Assembly (NCBI RefSeq): GCF_036321535.1
Contig: NC_087437.1
Location: 116,500,001-116,564,000 of the forward strand
From: Camelus dromedarius
Taxonomy: Eukaryota
Reading direction: 5' to 3'
Length of the DNA: 64,000 nt
The notes under the pieces: model-generated
Databases searched by the model: none
The model's input: the letters and a program-made list of their open reading frames with translations, nothing else
Told to the model about the DNA's origin: nothing
Shown: piece by piece, positions 23,524-36,100 of the stretch
Layout: each line of letters opens with the position of its first letter
Numbering within the stretch: position 1 is the first letter of the stretch
Translations under genes and position numbers: made by a program

Positions 23524-26500
23524 CCTTTATTTTCCGTATTTTATGTGATGAAGATTCCAGGCCCTGACGGGGCGTGGCCTCAGGGACCACATTTGACTCC
23601 ACAGTGTCTACTCACCTCTCCTGGCTTATTTTCAGCAGAGGAGAGACTCAAGTTCTGTGGCCACATGAGTGTTATGTGGGCCCCATTATCATTTCTTCCC
23701 ACCCCTAGAATGCTTTTTTGAGGGAAGTCTGACAGTCTTGCAGAACTGTGGGGCATGTTTTGTAGACAAAATGCTGATATCCCCTACCTGTATTTATTTA
23801 CTTTTTTTGCATTCATTATGCAGAGACTCACTCCCTGTGTGTGCCTCTCGAAATGAGGTTTTGACTGAAGTCAAATAAAATGACTATAACATAACTACAA
23901 GCCAAATCTTGTAACAGGACAGAAAAATATAATCATCATAAAAGCACAGATCTGTAGACACCGTCCTTGGCCCTTTGATTCTTTTGGAAGGAGCAGAAGA
24001 AAGTAGAAGGCGGTGGAAAAAGGAGTCATGATGGCTATAGTACTTAGAAAGCAGTGATTTTGAAATTCTATAGTGTTGAGGGCAGGAACTGGTAATACTG
24101 GGCAAGAGGCAACTTATTTGGGGCAGAGGGTGCTGGGCAGAGGGTGCTGGGCAGAGAATCAATGGAACCAATACAATCCCTCAAAGTACATCAAAGGTTC
24201 CAAGAAAAAGTCTTTGGAGGTTTGGGACCACAAATATCAAATATTAAAGATACAAAATACTCACATATTTATATTAAAAAAAATTCTGGACTAGGAGGGT
24301 GGGATTATCTGGGTTTTTTGCTTTACCTTTAATTGCCCTTGGCTTCCCCATCTTTTTTCTTTGTGAGTCATTTGTCTTGTTTTTTTTTTTTTTTGGTCAA
24401 CACGGCTTTTCTTGGGTCTTCAAAGATCTTGAAATAACCTGAAAGAGAATTTAAATATATTAAACCTTGGTTTTTTCCAAATATTTAAACCAAGGATCAA
24501 CTGTACATTTAGCAGCAAAACCTATCCCTTAAACATTATTTTTAAATAGCTTAAAAGGGGAATGAACTTAAAATCGGAATGAACTTAAAATCCTTCCCTT
24601 TAAAAAAAAAAAAGTGAGGGGGTGGGAGTCGTGGCAACATTTCTCTAAAGGAAGTGCAGCATTATGAAGCAAAAAGTAGGAATGAGATGAAGGCCAAGCC
24701 TGAACAAACGTACTGAAGCCCACATCTAATTTTGCAAAGAAAATATTTTGAAAATGTTTTCCTTCCCTTACAGCCCCCAGCTTTAGTAATAATAGTTTCT
24801 CCAGATCATTTATTTTAGCACATTTCTCTGGTCCAAACAAAAAGTAACGGGGTTTATTCAACATCCTGAGAACAGTAATTAGACAATTGTTTTAGCCCCA
24901 GGAAAGAAACAATTCTTTCAATTCATAGATGTTTCAAGGATCTGCATTTTTTAAGAGATTCGAGCACTACCATACCAAAAAAACAAAAATCTTTCTTAGA
25001 ATATGCCAGTCAGTATAACTCTAAAATCCAATCACTTTTTTTGGAGATACAGGAATTTTTGTGCTCATGCAACTTTCCAAGTCAAATATCCAATCCCATA
25101 ATATTTATTACACTTAACAGAATCCTCACAACATGACAAATTGCAAATGGCAACTTTTTCAGTTGAAAATATTTTCAAATTAGAAAATGCCTTAAGTATT
25201 GCATCAAAATCAATATTTGCAATGGGCAATATTATTTATAAATGGTTCCACAGGCCAGCTGAGCTCCCACTCCACCCAGGAGGCCCCCAGCCTCAAGGCC
25301 GTGGGCTTGCACTTCAAGGCATTTAATCCAAACTGCCCAACTGGTGGAGCAAAGGGTTTGGTAGGATATGGAAAACCCAAGTTCTTGGGAAAAAATTAGG
25401 GTACAACACCATATCTATAGTCTGATTCCAATATTGGAAAAAGAAAAAGAAAACAGATAAATGACAGACAAGAGGGAAGACAGAAGGAGAAGGAGGCAGA
25501 CTCTGAGGAAGCACATGAACTCGCTACCAGAAGTGGTCGTTGAGTTTCCAGCATGAATTTCAAGGGTGTCTTACTTTCTTCTTTATAACTGTGGACGTTT
25601 TACAAATTTTCAGGACCAAGAATATTCACCTTGATAAATGATCGTATAATCCTAAACACAATTTCAAAGTGCATTCTTCACACTGATGTAGGATAACCAA
25701 CCAGCCTCCTGGAGCCGTGGGAGCCTCCCATGCTCGGTGACAGGCCACTCAGCAGGGAAGGCAGGGACAGCAGTGAATTAGGTCCTGCTTTGCGTGGCTG
25801 CACAGATCTTGAGTTAATTAAGGTGCTGCCAAATTTCTTTTTCTCTAAATCCAAAAGCCCATATTGATTATTACTTGGTTAAATGCTCTCCATGGACAAG
25901 CGATTAAAACAATATTTAGTTTCCAATTGCTGCAAAGAGGATGAGGGCTAAAAAGCATGGCTGAAATTTCCTATGTTGTGTCATCCTATAGTACACATTT
26001 GTGCCAAAACCTCTCCTATGCCAAAAGAACGACTTGATTTATGATGGAATATTGTTGGATCTGACTTAAAGACCAGAGCAAAGCCCAGAGAAGATTCTAT
26101 TAAGTATGTGCAATGGTATTTTTAAATTCGCATTATGGTGTTATTAATAGTTCATTTATTCAGGAGGTATTTATCTGACAATGTAAATTATCCATGACAC
26201 AGCTGAGAAGCCACAAAGGATCCAAAAAAATGTCACAGAGTCTGGGGAGAGGGGAGTTTTGCCAGAGAAAGACACGCTACCAGCCGCATGAGGTAACAGC
26301 CAGCCCCATCAAAGCAAAAAAGTCAGAAAATTGTGCAAGAACTCCAAAAACACAGCCATTTGGGAACTTTGGTATGAGAGCAAACTGCTCAAGGCAGCCA
26401 AACAGCCCCTGGTCCTGCAGAAAGCAGAAATCGAGGAATGTGGGAGCCAACCCTGCCATGGTCAATTGCTATGAGCCCCATCCCCCCAGATTTGATGATC

Positions 26501-27149
26501 TAGGGAGCCCCATGTTCTGCGCAGAGAGAGGCAGAAGAACACATGTGACTGTGTTAGTTGGAAAATTCTCATTGCAAATGGTCAAAGCTAATAAACACGC
26601 GTGAGCACCTGAAGGGCAGGTTTCATTTGCAAAGCAGCCATGGTGCCCAGAGAGACCTGGACTCAGAGCCGGGTTGGTGCTGACCACCAGTGGCCAGTAG
26701 GCACTCTCACCCTCCATCTGCCCATCTGCAAATTGTGGGTAAAAGAGAGATGGTGCAAGTCCAATGAGACAGAGTTTGTGGCAGTGCCAAGTGGACACGC
26801 GCAAGGCGTTGTACGTTCAGGTATGTGAAACCTCCTCATTCCCCAAACCACCAGACAAGGAGCACTCCCTACACACAGATTTTCGCGGCCACCTTGTCTC
26901 AGCAACAGTGAACGTTTCATACGCGGACGTCAACTCCTGGAAAGATGGAAAACTAGATGTCCCGAAGAGCTGCCTTCTTGACAGAAAACACGGGGATCTT
27001 GAGTGAACAACAGCTGTTGTTGTTTGTGAGAAGGCTCTGTCCCACTCCTGACACCAGGAGCAGAGGGCAGCACGCACCCCACAGTCATGGTGAGCAGCCA
27101 TGGAAGCGCCTGCTGGTCCGTTTACAGCCCCGCCCACATAGGTGACAAA

Positions 27150-27520
27150 GGCAGCAGACATACTGGCTGCCCCCTTTCCTGACAGAGGAAACCCAACATC
27201 GTTTGGGTGTGCAGCCCACCCACCTCCCAATATGCCCTGGGGAAGGCTGACCCTGCCCCAACTTCAGGGCTAAATTCTATCACTGCATCCTTTCCTCTTG
27301 CCACCAATTGATTAAAGGATGAGCATGTGACATAATTTGGGGCAACTCAACACTGGGGGAAGTGACTAGAAGACTTCTGGAGAAAGTCTCTTGGCTGACA
27401 AAGAAAGGTCATGTGATATTGTCCCGTCTGTGTGACACTCAGAACTGTGACAGCCATCTCAAGATCATGAGAGGAGGTAGCTTGAGGATGAAACCAACAT
27501 GCTGTGATCTGGGAATAAAT
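27150..27520 (+). mobile_element. Old MLT1 (J/K-like) LTR fragment
   Basis: ggatgagcatgtgac...cttctggagaaag...gaactgtgacagccatct...gaggatgaaaccaacatgctg. Confidence 0.65.
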
Positions 27521-27689
27521 GAAGGCAACTGCCTGGGATTCTGCTCAGGAATGGAGAAGAGCAGATTTAATCAACTCTGTAGGCACAAAGCATCCTGTCT
27601 AGCCAGTGTCTATGTTCAAAAGAGTCACCTTCCTCTTTTACTATCTGCCTCCAACTCAGATATGCTGAATACACTTTTCTGTTCTAATT

Positions 27690-27785
27690 CTTTCTCTTTA
27701 TTTTTTAATGGAGGTACTGGGGATTGAACCCAGGACCTCATGCACACTAAGCATGTGCCCTACCACGGAGTTATATCCACCCTCC
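27690..27785 (-). mobile_element. Camelid tRNA-derived SINE (Vic-1 type), short form
   Basis: atggaggtactggggattgaacccaggacctcatgcacactaagcatgtgccctaccac; flanking repeat tgttctaatt at 27680-27689 and 27791-27800. Confidence 0.9.
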
Positions 27786-28334
27786 AACTATGTTCTAATT
27801 TTAAAATAAAATCATCTGCCAGAAGTTAGCCCAGCCCATAAATCTCCCTACTTAACAACATTATATCTAAGACTTGGGAAACAAATAACTATTACCAAGA
27901 TAAGTGACTTATCTCAATCTACATATGCATTGAGTGTCCAGGTACTGGAGTAACTTAGGATATGCCTTCAATAAAAAGGTTTGATGGGAGAATTACACTT
28001 TTAGTTACTTGACTGTGGGCAGAATGTGGTGAGAGTCATAAGACAAGTACAAAGGAGGCACCAATCCCACCCAGCACCGTGGAATAGCAGTGCGTCTTCA
28101 AAGGGGTAGATATATCATGGGCACTTAGTATTCACTGGGTGGTAATGCGGAGGAGAGCAAGGAAGGCAGAGGAGACAGAGGAGCAAAAGTATGAAGATAC
28201 CTGGGAGAGGCACACTACAGAGTGTCTTTTAGTCTCTGAATGTAGCTCAGAAATGTTGATGACTTGTCTCTAAAATTAAGAAGTCACATTGCTATTTTTC
28301 TCCTTCCATGATCTAAGTGCAACCTGCCCTTCAA

Positions 28335-28552
28335 ATCCATTCATTCATTCAAATTGTTCTTCCATCCATCCATCCATCATCCATCTATCCATTCACCCAT
28401 CCGTCATCATCCACCCATCTACCATCTATCAATTTATCCATCATCCATCCATCTACCCATCCATTCACCCATCCATTATCCATTCATCATCATCCATCCA
28501 TTATCCAGCCAGCCAGTCAGCCACCATTCATCCATCCATCTATCTATCCAAT
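28335..28552. repeat. Degenerate (CCAT)n simple repeat
   Basis: Directly visible; abuts an L2 3' end and is probably its expanded tail. Confidence 0.9.
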
Positions 28553-28940
28553 ATGCACTAAGTCCATTTCCTCCAGTGCAATCACTGAGAAGCACTAACT
28601 AGGGGTGGGCTTTGCCGTAAGTTCAGAGTCTAGTGGGAAAGACAAGGTTGTAAAGAAAAAATCGTAAATATTAACTCCCCCATTGCCTTGTTTAACCCCC
28701 AGCTGCAGAATAACTCCCATGACGGAGTTATGTAAGCAGAACACAATTGAGAACAGCACATGAACTATTTGAGAGACTGGAGGAGGAAAATTAGACAGCT
28801 AAGAACACAAGGAGGAGCAGTCAGAGAATTAGAAGCAAGCTGAAAAGATCCAGGTCCTGATGCCAAGGAGGGGCATTCAGGAGGCAGAAATAGTCACAGC
28901 ATCAAGCTGCAGACAGCTGAATAAGGATGAGAAATTCAGT
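28553..28940 (-). mobile_element. L2 fragments
   Basis: cagagtctagtgggaaagacaa and gaggagcagtcagaga...tgccaagg...cacagcatcaa...gaataaggatgag. Confidence 0.5.
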
Positions 28941-29399
28941 CAACCAACCAGCCACACACGTTGCCAGACAGGCACTGGATTCGACAAGCCGAAACCTCTG
29001 TGTGACCTCCAACGACCTGCCCCTCTCCAAAGGTTCCAGAGTGGACGTCTGGGCAGAGATGTGAAAGTCAACACAGGCTACAGCAAAAAGAGAAAAGGGG
29101 AGAGTAGTTCAAGGAGAAAGGACTAAGGTATCCCCTCGCCCAACATTTGCTGTGTGCCTATGTGTTTCAGAAAGTGGCAGCAGCGAGGGATGCCTCAGCG
29201 CAGAGGACTCAGTCCTGCCCGCAAGAAGCTTACAGCCCAACTAGAAGAAGGTTTATCTTGTTCGTCTAGTTGGTTTGTTCAGGATGAGCAAAGCAGGGAT
29301 CTTTATGGGCAGAATAGAGGGAAGAGTGTTGCTGTGGTAGAGACAGATTCTAGAGACAGAGGAACAGGGATGGTCCAGACTGGAAGAGTCAGAGGAAAG

Positions 29400-30620
29400 G
29401 CCAGGGCGCGACTTCAGCTCTGACAGGTGGTTGGGACCGCAGAGCCTCGGAAGACGTGGTGCGCTACTGGATGGCTAGCAACCGGCTCTCCACGGGGCAC
29501 ACCTCTGATATGAAGCGCTCAACAATTTCTGTGGAGCAGCTCTTCCTATCATGGGCAATTTCAGGAAACCAGCAGAAGTCCCTGAGTCCAGAGGTGAACG
29601 GAGATGCAGGTGATCTCTCTAGCAAGACCACAGGTGCCAGCCCAGGCACACCTGTGCTCCCGAGCCAAGCAGAGAAAAGGGCCCTGCGGCTGTCGGGAAG
29701 TAACGGGGTGATGGCTGGCAGAGGAAGTCTGTGAAGACCAACCAAAACCAGCCGCTCTCCTAGTGCCTAAATCCCCGCGACATGTCACTTGCGGGGAGAG
29801 TGAAAACTAGGGAGACGGAGTCCCAAAGCCAAAAAATACGGCAGCGAGCGCTCTCAAATGGCTTCCGCACAAGCCCAGCTGCTTCCCAAACCCAGTCAGT
29901 AGCCCGATGTGCTCTGTTGATGGTCACCTCCCCTCAAGCTGACACCGCGCGTGCGTGTGCACGTACGTTTCCACTCGTAAATCCCTGTGCTGCGTGATCC
30001 GCTATAGCTGAGAACGCAGTGAGGCAATTCTTGGCATCTTTTTGAATTCCCCAAAGGGGCTCCTTTTCCTCCCCATCATAGAAAAATGCTGGAAAAATAT
30101 CCCAGAGCAGTTGTGCCAGAAGAAAACGGCAAAAGTCTTCATGAATCACGTCTGAGCCGAGTCACGGCCACGCCCGGACGCGGCTTGTCCGTTTTGTTTT
30201 GTTTTCTTCTGTGGTTGTTTGGTTCCGTTTCACTTCGTCCCTCAGGGTCGATCTTTTCACCATTCACAGCATTAAATCCACCTCCATCCTTCATGCTTCT
30301 TCCTGGGTTCTTTCCATGGAGAGAGCAACAGGAATCTAGTCGTGAACGCGCCTTTGGGGCCCGTGATGCTCTCCGAGCACCAGCGCTGGGTCTGTCTTTC
30401 CTTCTCGGCGCTGCCACGCGCACATGACAGCGTTCAGGCTGATCAAGCTGCTGGCAGGGCGGGAGATGTGCCGCCGTGTCCACCAGAACGAAATACACAG
30501 CGGCCAAACAGCCCCACCCCCGACCTCGGTCCGGGGACCACAGCCTGCCTCGAGGTCCCCAGTAAACACGGGACATTTGAAGGAAAACAGGCTGCGCTTG
30601 AAAGGCGGGTGACATCAAGA
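29400..30620. promoter_or_regulatory. CpG-island-like unique region
   Basis: No recognisable repeat; about 19 CpG in 29761-30060 by hand count, far above the flanking DNA. Confidence 0.45.
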
Positions 30621-31661
30621 AACGGAAAACAACCATAAATACTCCTTCTCTCCTGTTTCACACTGAGCCTCTGTTGAAGGAAACACGTTTACCAGAGTTG
30701 TGTTTTTTTTTCCTCCTAAGCTCAACTGGAAAAACATAAATATTTAGTCATTTTATAACAGCAGACAACTGACAAGCAGGCCACAGACTAAAGGAACATT
30801 GTGTATTTCTAAGAAAGTTCATCAAACAAAACATATCTTTGAGAACAGAATCCCAAAGTCTGTGTGAGAAGCAAATTTGGCCTCCAGCATGAATTTTGTC
30901 TTGGTACAATCGCAAGGGCACGTCCTAGAGAAAGCACAAGCATCAATGACCATCCCTGCAAACAATGAGGTCTGCTTCATATTTTTAAATTAACAGCACT
31001 GGGCAGAAAAAAAAAAATTTAAACATTGTTCACGCATCATTGCTTTAGAGGCTGCATACAAAATAACTAATTGCCGGTTCAATTAATCAATGTTGTATTA
31101 ACAGCTCAGTATTATAACTAAGAAATGCAAAATCCCTGCGTGGCAAGATGATCTATAACAGAATAAAAATAAAAATAACTTACATTAATAGAGAGATCAC
31201 ATGTAAGGGACCCAAAGAATATTACAGAGCATCATTTTGAGATGAAATTCCTGCTGTCGGCATCATTCTGATGCTTGGAGGAGGCAGGTGTCTTTATTCT
31301 GAATATAGTATGGAAAGGCAGGGAGGGAGAGTTAGAAGTTCTTCTAAGGAAAATCTGCTGGCGTAAAGGCAGAAAGAAAAAAAAATGGAAAAAATACTGA
31401 GACTTGCCAATAATGCAGGCAATTCTCTATGGTATCTGCCATCACTGCCCTGTTGTTAAAAAACAAACTGCCAAATACTTTCAGAGAACCAACTGAAAAA
31501 GGCTTCCTAACGCTCTTAGAGTGAGAAATTTCAAAGAACCTCGAACTCGTCATGAAATTCGTTCTGTGCCCGCTGGCCTGGCTGAGACACTTGGCCCCTC
31601 TGGTGATGAGTATTTCACCACCAGGAGCACTGGAACTGGCTCTTCCATTACCACTGACTTT

Positions 31662-31953
31662 GTTTTCTTTTTTTTAATTGAAGTATAATCGGTTTACAAT
31701 GCTGTGTTAATTTCCAGTATATAGCAGTATGTTCCAGTCATCCATGGGCATACATATATTCGTTTTCATATTCCTTTCCATCATAGGTCACTACAAGATA
31801 TTGAATATAGTTCCCTGTGCTCTACAGTGGAAACTTGTTGTCCACCTAGTTTACATATACTAGTTAGTATCTGAAGATTTCAAACTCCTAATTTATCCCT
31901 CCACCCCCACTTTCCCCCCGGTAACCCTAAGTTTGTTTTTTGTGTCTGTGAGT
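31662..31953 (-). mobile_element. L1 3' UTR
   Basis: Same family as 772-1061; TSD ccactgacttt at 31651-31661 and 31954-31964. Confidence 0.92.
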
Positions 31954-32129
31954 CCACTGACTTTTGACTAGTTTAACAGAACTGCATCACAATCGCCTCA
32001 TTTGTACTGGACACAGTCTGGAAATAAAGATTTTTTAATCCTCTCATATATTTAAGTAGAAATCAGCAGCCTCGCCACAAATGCCCTTCACTGACACTCA
32101 GGACGTGAGGTTTATCACATGCCCCTGGC

Positions 32130-33040
32130 TGTACAGTTTTGCATCCCATCCGCACAGAATTTTCCATGAAATGCGTCATTGCCAAGACCTTGAATAGGTA
32201 TTCAGGGGGCACGTAGGACGAGAAAGTTCCCAGGTGTGTCTCTCGCTCCCAGAGAGCCTACACACCTTGCAGGGGCGTTAGCGTGTGGCCTAGCGTTGCA
32301 CAGTGCAGAGTAAGGGGTGACTTCCAGCCCCAGTCAGGAGCACTGAGACAGCTCAGGGAACAGGAAAGGGAGCTTCAGCTCTGGGTGGTAGGATTTAAAT
32401 TAGCTGATGAAAAACAGGAAGATGTGTACAGACGCAGAGAGGAGGGCAGCTCAGGCAGCGGAAATGAGGGACACAGGCCACCAAGTGCGAGGCGGTTGAG
32501 GAATGTGTGTCTATGAAGGGGTGCGGGGCAGGACTGACCGAGACAGGGGAGAAAAAGCCTCTGTCAGCAGCATAACAACATCTAAATCATCCCTGCCGTC
32601 TCCCAAGGTGGTTGAGGAGGGCTTTGCAAAGCAGGGCAACGGCCTCAGAGAGAGGTTGTGTAGAGCAGCTGGGCTGGTCCCTCAGGCAGAGGTTCTAGAA
32701 GAGCAGAGACGAGGGAGAGCCCGGGGTGGGGGCGCTGGGCATGGTGGCCGGATCACAGAGGGCTGGACGGAGCCATCGGGAGCGCCCAGAAGTACGCGCC
32801 GCAAAGTTCGCCCTTACTCTGAACATAGCAGCTGGAGATTTCTGAGCGTCCATGGAACGGAGCTTCTCAAAGAGGCTTTTGGGAAGATGCACGAGGTGAC
32901 TGAGTGCAGGGAGGGAGAGGCTGCTGCCGTGGTCCAGCCAGTAAGGAAGGAGGCAGGACGATGGAGGGTGAGCGGAAACACCCGCAGCGGGGCGTGAGGG
33001 CAAGAGAGAAGGAGAGAGGGTGGAAAGCAGGAGAGCGGGG
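32130..33040 (-). mobile_element. Degraded, GC-rich L2 fragments
   Basis: Purine-rich motifs such as ggccggatcacagagggct...cttactctgaa...ggaagatgcac...gaggctgctgccgtggtccag resemble L2. Confidence 0.45.
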
Positions 33041-33679
33041 TCTTGATGAAGGTGGGGCGCTCTGTTCCAGCCCCAAGCCTCAGCCCCGACCCGTGGAGCT
33101 GGGCGAGGTGGACGGGGGCCCCGGAGCTTGGCCCAGGCAGGGACTGTCCTTGGATTTCTCCAGGGCGCAGAGCATCAGAGCTTCCCGGGGCGGGGTGGGG
33201 GGATGCTAAGATGTGGGCCGTGAGGGGGCGGCAGGGAGATGGAAAGGCACTTCTCAGCCAGTGGGTGGTGGGTGGGCGCCCCCCTGGGAGGCAGAGCTGA
33301 TCCCACACGCTGCTCCGGGATTCTTTTCTGGCTTGGAATTTCTCTGCGTTTTCCATCTGCAGCTCTCATGAGACACAGTTAGAACGTTTCTCCAGCCCTT
33401 TCCCCCTCTTGCTGGGAAAAGAGCTTTCGAGGACCTGGACTCCTCTTTGCTGGCCTCGGAAGTATGGCCAGGTTTTGCTGTCCCGAGACCAAATCTTCCA
33501 GGCTGGCTCTCTCATTTTAGAGCAGATGGAATATCTTGATTTTTGTGTAAAGAATAAGTGCGTCAGGAGCCAATTCACCCGGCAAGGCACCTGCTGTTTC
33601 TCTGGGTGGGAGTCACGGCCTCATTCGTTGTCCAGATCGCAGAGCCTCTGGTGGCACCAATCGGTCCACCCACTTACAG

Positions 33680-33810
33680 AGAACGGCTGGAAAGGGGTTA
33701 TCACCATTCTCATCGTCTGATAAGGAAGCTGAGGTCTGCGAGGACCACAGATCTGGGAAGTGGATGAGCAGGGACTGGAACTCAGAATTCAAGCCCAGCC
33801 TCTACTTGTT
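33680..33810 (-). mobile_element. MIR SINE
   Basis: ttatcaccattctcat...gataaggaagctgagg...ggaagtgg...gggactggaactcag. Confidence 0.6.
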
Positions 33811-34669
33811 CCATGAGCCTTGCTGTCTTTTCAGTGGAGGGAAAGCCACACGCTGGTTCAACAGCAGAGAAGGCAAACAGGAGACAAGCTTCCCTGAACC
33901 CTTTCCGTGAGTCATTTCCACCGCAGGGCCCCCTCCCAAGATCCATGAACCTCTTTCAGTTAAAACCCAGGCTGCGTGGGAAGACTTCCCTTAGAGAGCT
34001 GAACACTGTTACACTTGGACGGGTCACTCAGAACTAATTCACGTCCCAAAGACAGAAAGTCCACACATATGGATACGTGCAAAGATTAGCCTTAAGGCCT
34101 CCCAGCTTCTCCCTCAGTTTACCAGATGTCTCTGAAGTGCTAAGTGCAGGCAATCTATTTTCTGAATCGATGTCCTAAAATCTCACCTAGCTGCGGTGGT
34201 CTTCTTAGGAAGGCTCAAGAATGTTACTTCAGGCTGAGCTGGTCGTGGGTACCCTCCCAGCAGATGCTCCCCTCACTGATGTTTCAGACGTGGTGTGGCC
34301 TCAGACATCACACCACCCGCTCTCCACCCCATCTGTCCACCAGTATTTTCCAAAAACAAAAGGCAGCCGAACCAAGAGCCTTGCAGAGGAAAGCTGCACA
34401 GACACCAGTAAAGTAGGTCTGGGATGAGAGCTCAGCTACAGTCTCTGACATCCCCGTCTTCCCTTTTCTCCCTGCAACCACCAGCCTGCTACTTGCTCTG
34501 GAGAATGAAACCCTGGTCCCACACCACTTCACTGCTCTCGATCTACCTGGGGCCTGGGGCCCAGAAAACACTCCAGCTGCCCTTGGTGCTGAGCAGGCTG
34601 TGTGAACCCAAGACAACCCCATCACTCTCTTCCAGACACTCCCACATCATGCTGACACCTTCACGAGTG

Positions 34670-34880
34670 AGAGAAGACAAGCTGTGTGACCCTGGGCAAG
34701 TTATTTAACCTCTCTGTGCCTCCATTTAAACATCTTTATAAGGGATGCAATAGTGATAGCTACTTATATATTAAATATATAAGTAATATATTTAATAATC
34801 TATTTTTATATTTTATATATTTAAAGAGCTTAGAAGAGTTCTTGAAACACAGCAAGCCCTCAATAAATGCTAACTACTGA
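34670..34880 (+). mobile_element. MIR SINE with AT-rich insert
   Basis: gctgtgtgaccctgggcaagttatttaacctctctgtgcctc...aagccctcaataaatgcta. Confidence 0.8.
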
Positions 34881-35346
34881 CTCAGCTGCATCAGATCGTT
34901 TATGGAGAAGAAGTTCCAATGAGTTTTGGGGACTTGTGAATTTGAAGTACTTTGTCCGCTGGAATCACATTAATAATTACCTATTAGAGGTCATTTAAGA
35001 GCAAGTGCTTCCAGTGTGTGTGAATTTCATACCCAGGGCAGTAAAGGCAGGGTGTCCACTCCTGCAACTCAGCTTTGCCAGTTAACTGGTTTAGCGGGAT
35101 GGCTTCCCAGGGAAGCGAACTTGAGTTGGAAATAAAGGTGGAGGGCATTCCATAGGGTGTGCTTGTGGGATCAACATCTGTGGATGGCGAGGAGGAAGCA
35201 GGCCTGGGCAGCAGGGAAGGGTGGACGGTGAGACAGCCGTAGGAAGGGCCTCAGACAGCCCTCTGGGGTGAGCACCAGCCAAGCTGGCTGAGCCAGCCCT
35301 TCACAGCCGGGAGTCAGTGGCAAGGGGCCAGGCCTTTAACCCCTGC

Positions 35347-36100
35347 TGTGTGGTTAACTCTATGCATCAACTTGCAAGGCTATGGTGTCCAGCCATTTGG
35401 TCAAACACGAGTCTACGTGTTGCTGTGATGGCATTTGGTAGATGTGCCTCACATGCACAATCAGTTGACTTTAAGTAAAGCAGATGACCCTCCCTAACAT
35501 GGGGGGCCTCACCCAGTCAGTTGAAAGCCTTAAGAGAAAAAACAGGTGTTGAGGGGAGGAAGGAATTCTGCCTCCAGACTAACACAGAAATCCTAGTAGA
35601 GTGTCCAGCCTGCCAGCCTGCCCTACAAATTTCAGAATCAAGCCTGGAACATTGGACATAGAGATTATCATATGGTGTGAAGTCAGTCAGACAGAGGAAG
35701 ACAAACAATATATGACATCACTTATATGTGGAATCTAAAAAATAATACAAGTGGACTTATTTACAAAACAGAAACAGACTCACAGACATAGAAAACAAAC
35801 TTATGGTTACCAGGGGAAGGCGGTTATAAATTATGGGTATGCGATTAACAGACAAACTACTTTAAACAAAATAGATAAGCAATAAGGATTTGCTGTACAG
35901 CACAGTGAATTATATTCAATATCTTGTAATAACCTATAAGGAAAAAGAATCTGAAAATATACATATGTATAACTGAATCACTTTGAAATATACCTGAAAC
36001 TAACACAATACTGTAAATCACTTCAATTAAAAACCAAATGACTGGTACACCATCTCCTGCCTGAGTTTCCAACCTGCTGACCCACCCTATAGAATTTCTC
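35347..36100 (+). mobile_element. MLT2B-like (ERVL) LTR interrupted by L1
   Basis: tgtgtggttaactctatgcatcaacttg...agtaaagcagatgaccctcc...cagtcagttgaaagcctta...ccagcctgccctacaaatttcaga; resumes after 36032. Confidence 0.8.
35652..36032 (+). mobile_element. L1 3' end nested in MLT2
   Basis: tggacatagagattatcat...cacttatatgtggaatctaaaa...aaacagactcacagacatagaaaacaaac...cacttcaattaaaa. Confidence 0.92.

Noticed and set aside
28289..28602. His/Pro/Ser/Ile-rich ORFs in three frames
   Set aside because: They are translations of the (CCAT)n simple repeat.
29934..30636. Minus-strand ORFs (71 and 165 aa) as a retrogene or endogenous viral element
   Set aside because: No recognisable domain, polyA tail or TSD; GC richness explains the open frames. 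BLASTX would settle it.
32503..33356. 164- and 180-aa ORFs on opposite strands
   Set aside because: GC-rich, probably L2-derived DNA with low-complexity composition and no recognisable protein.
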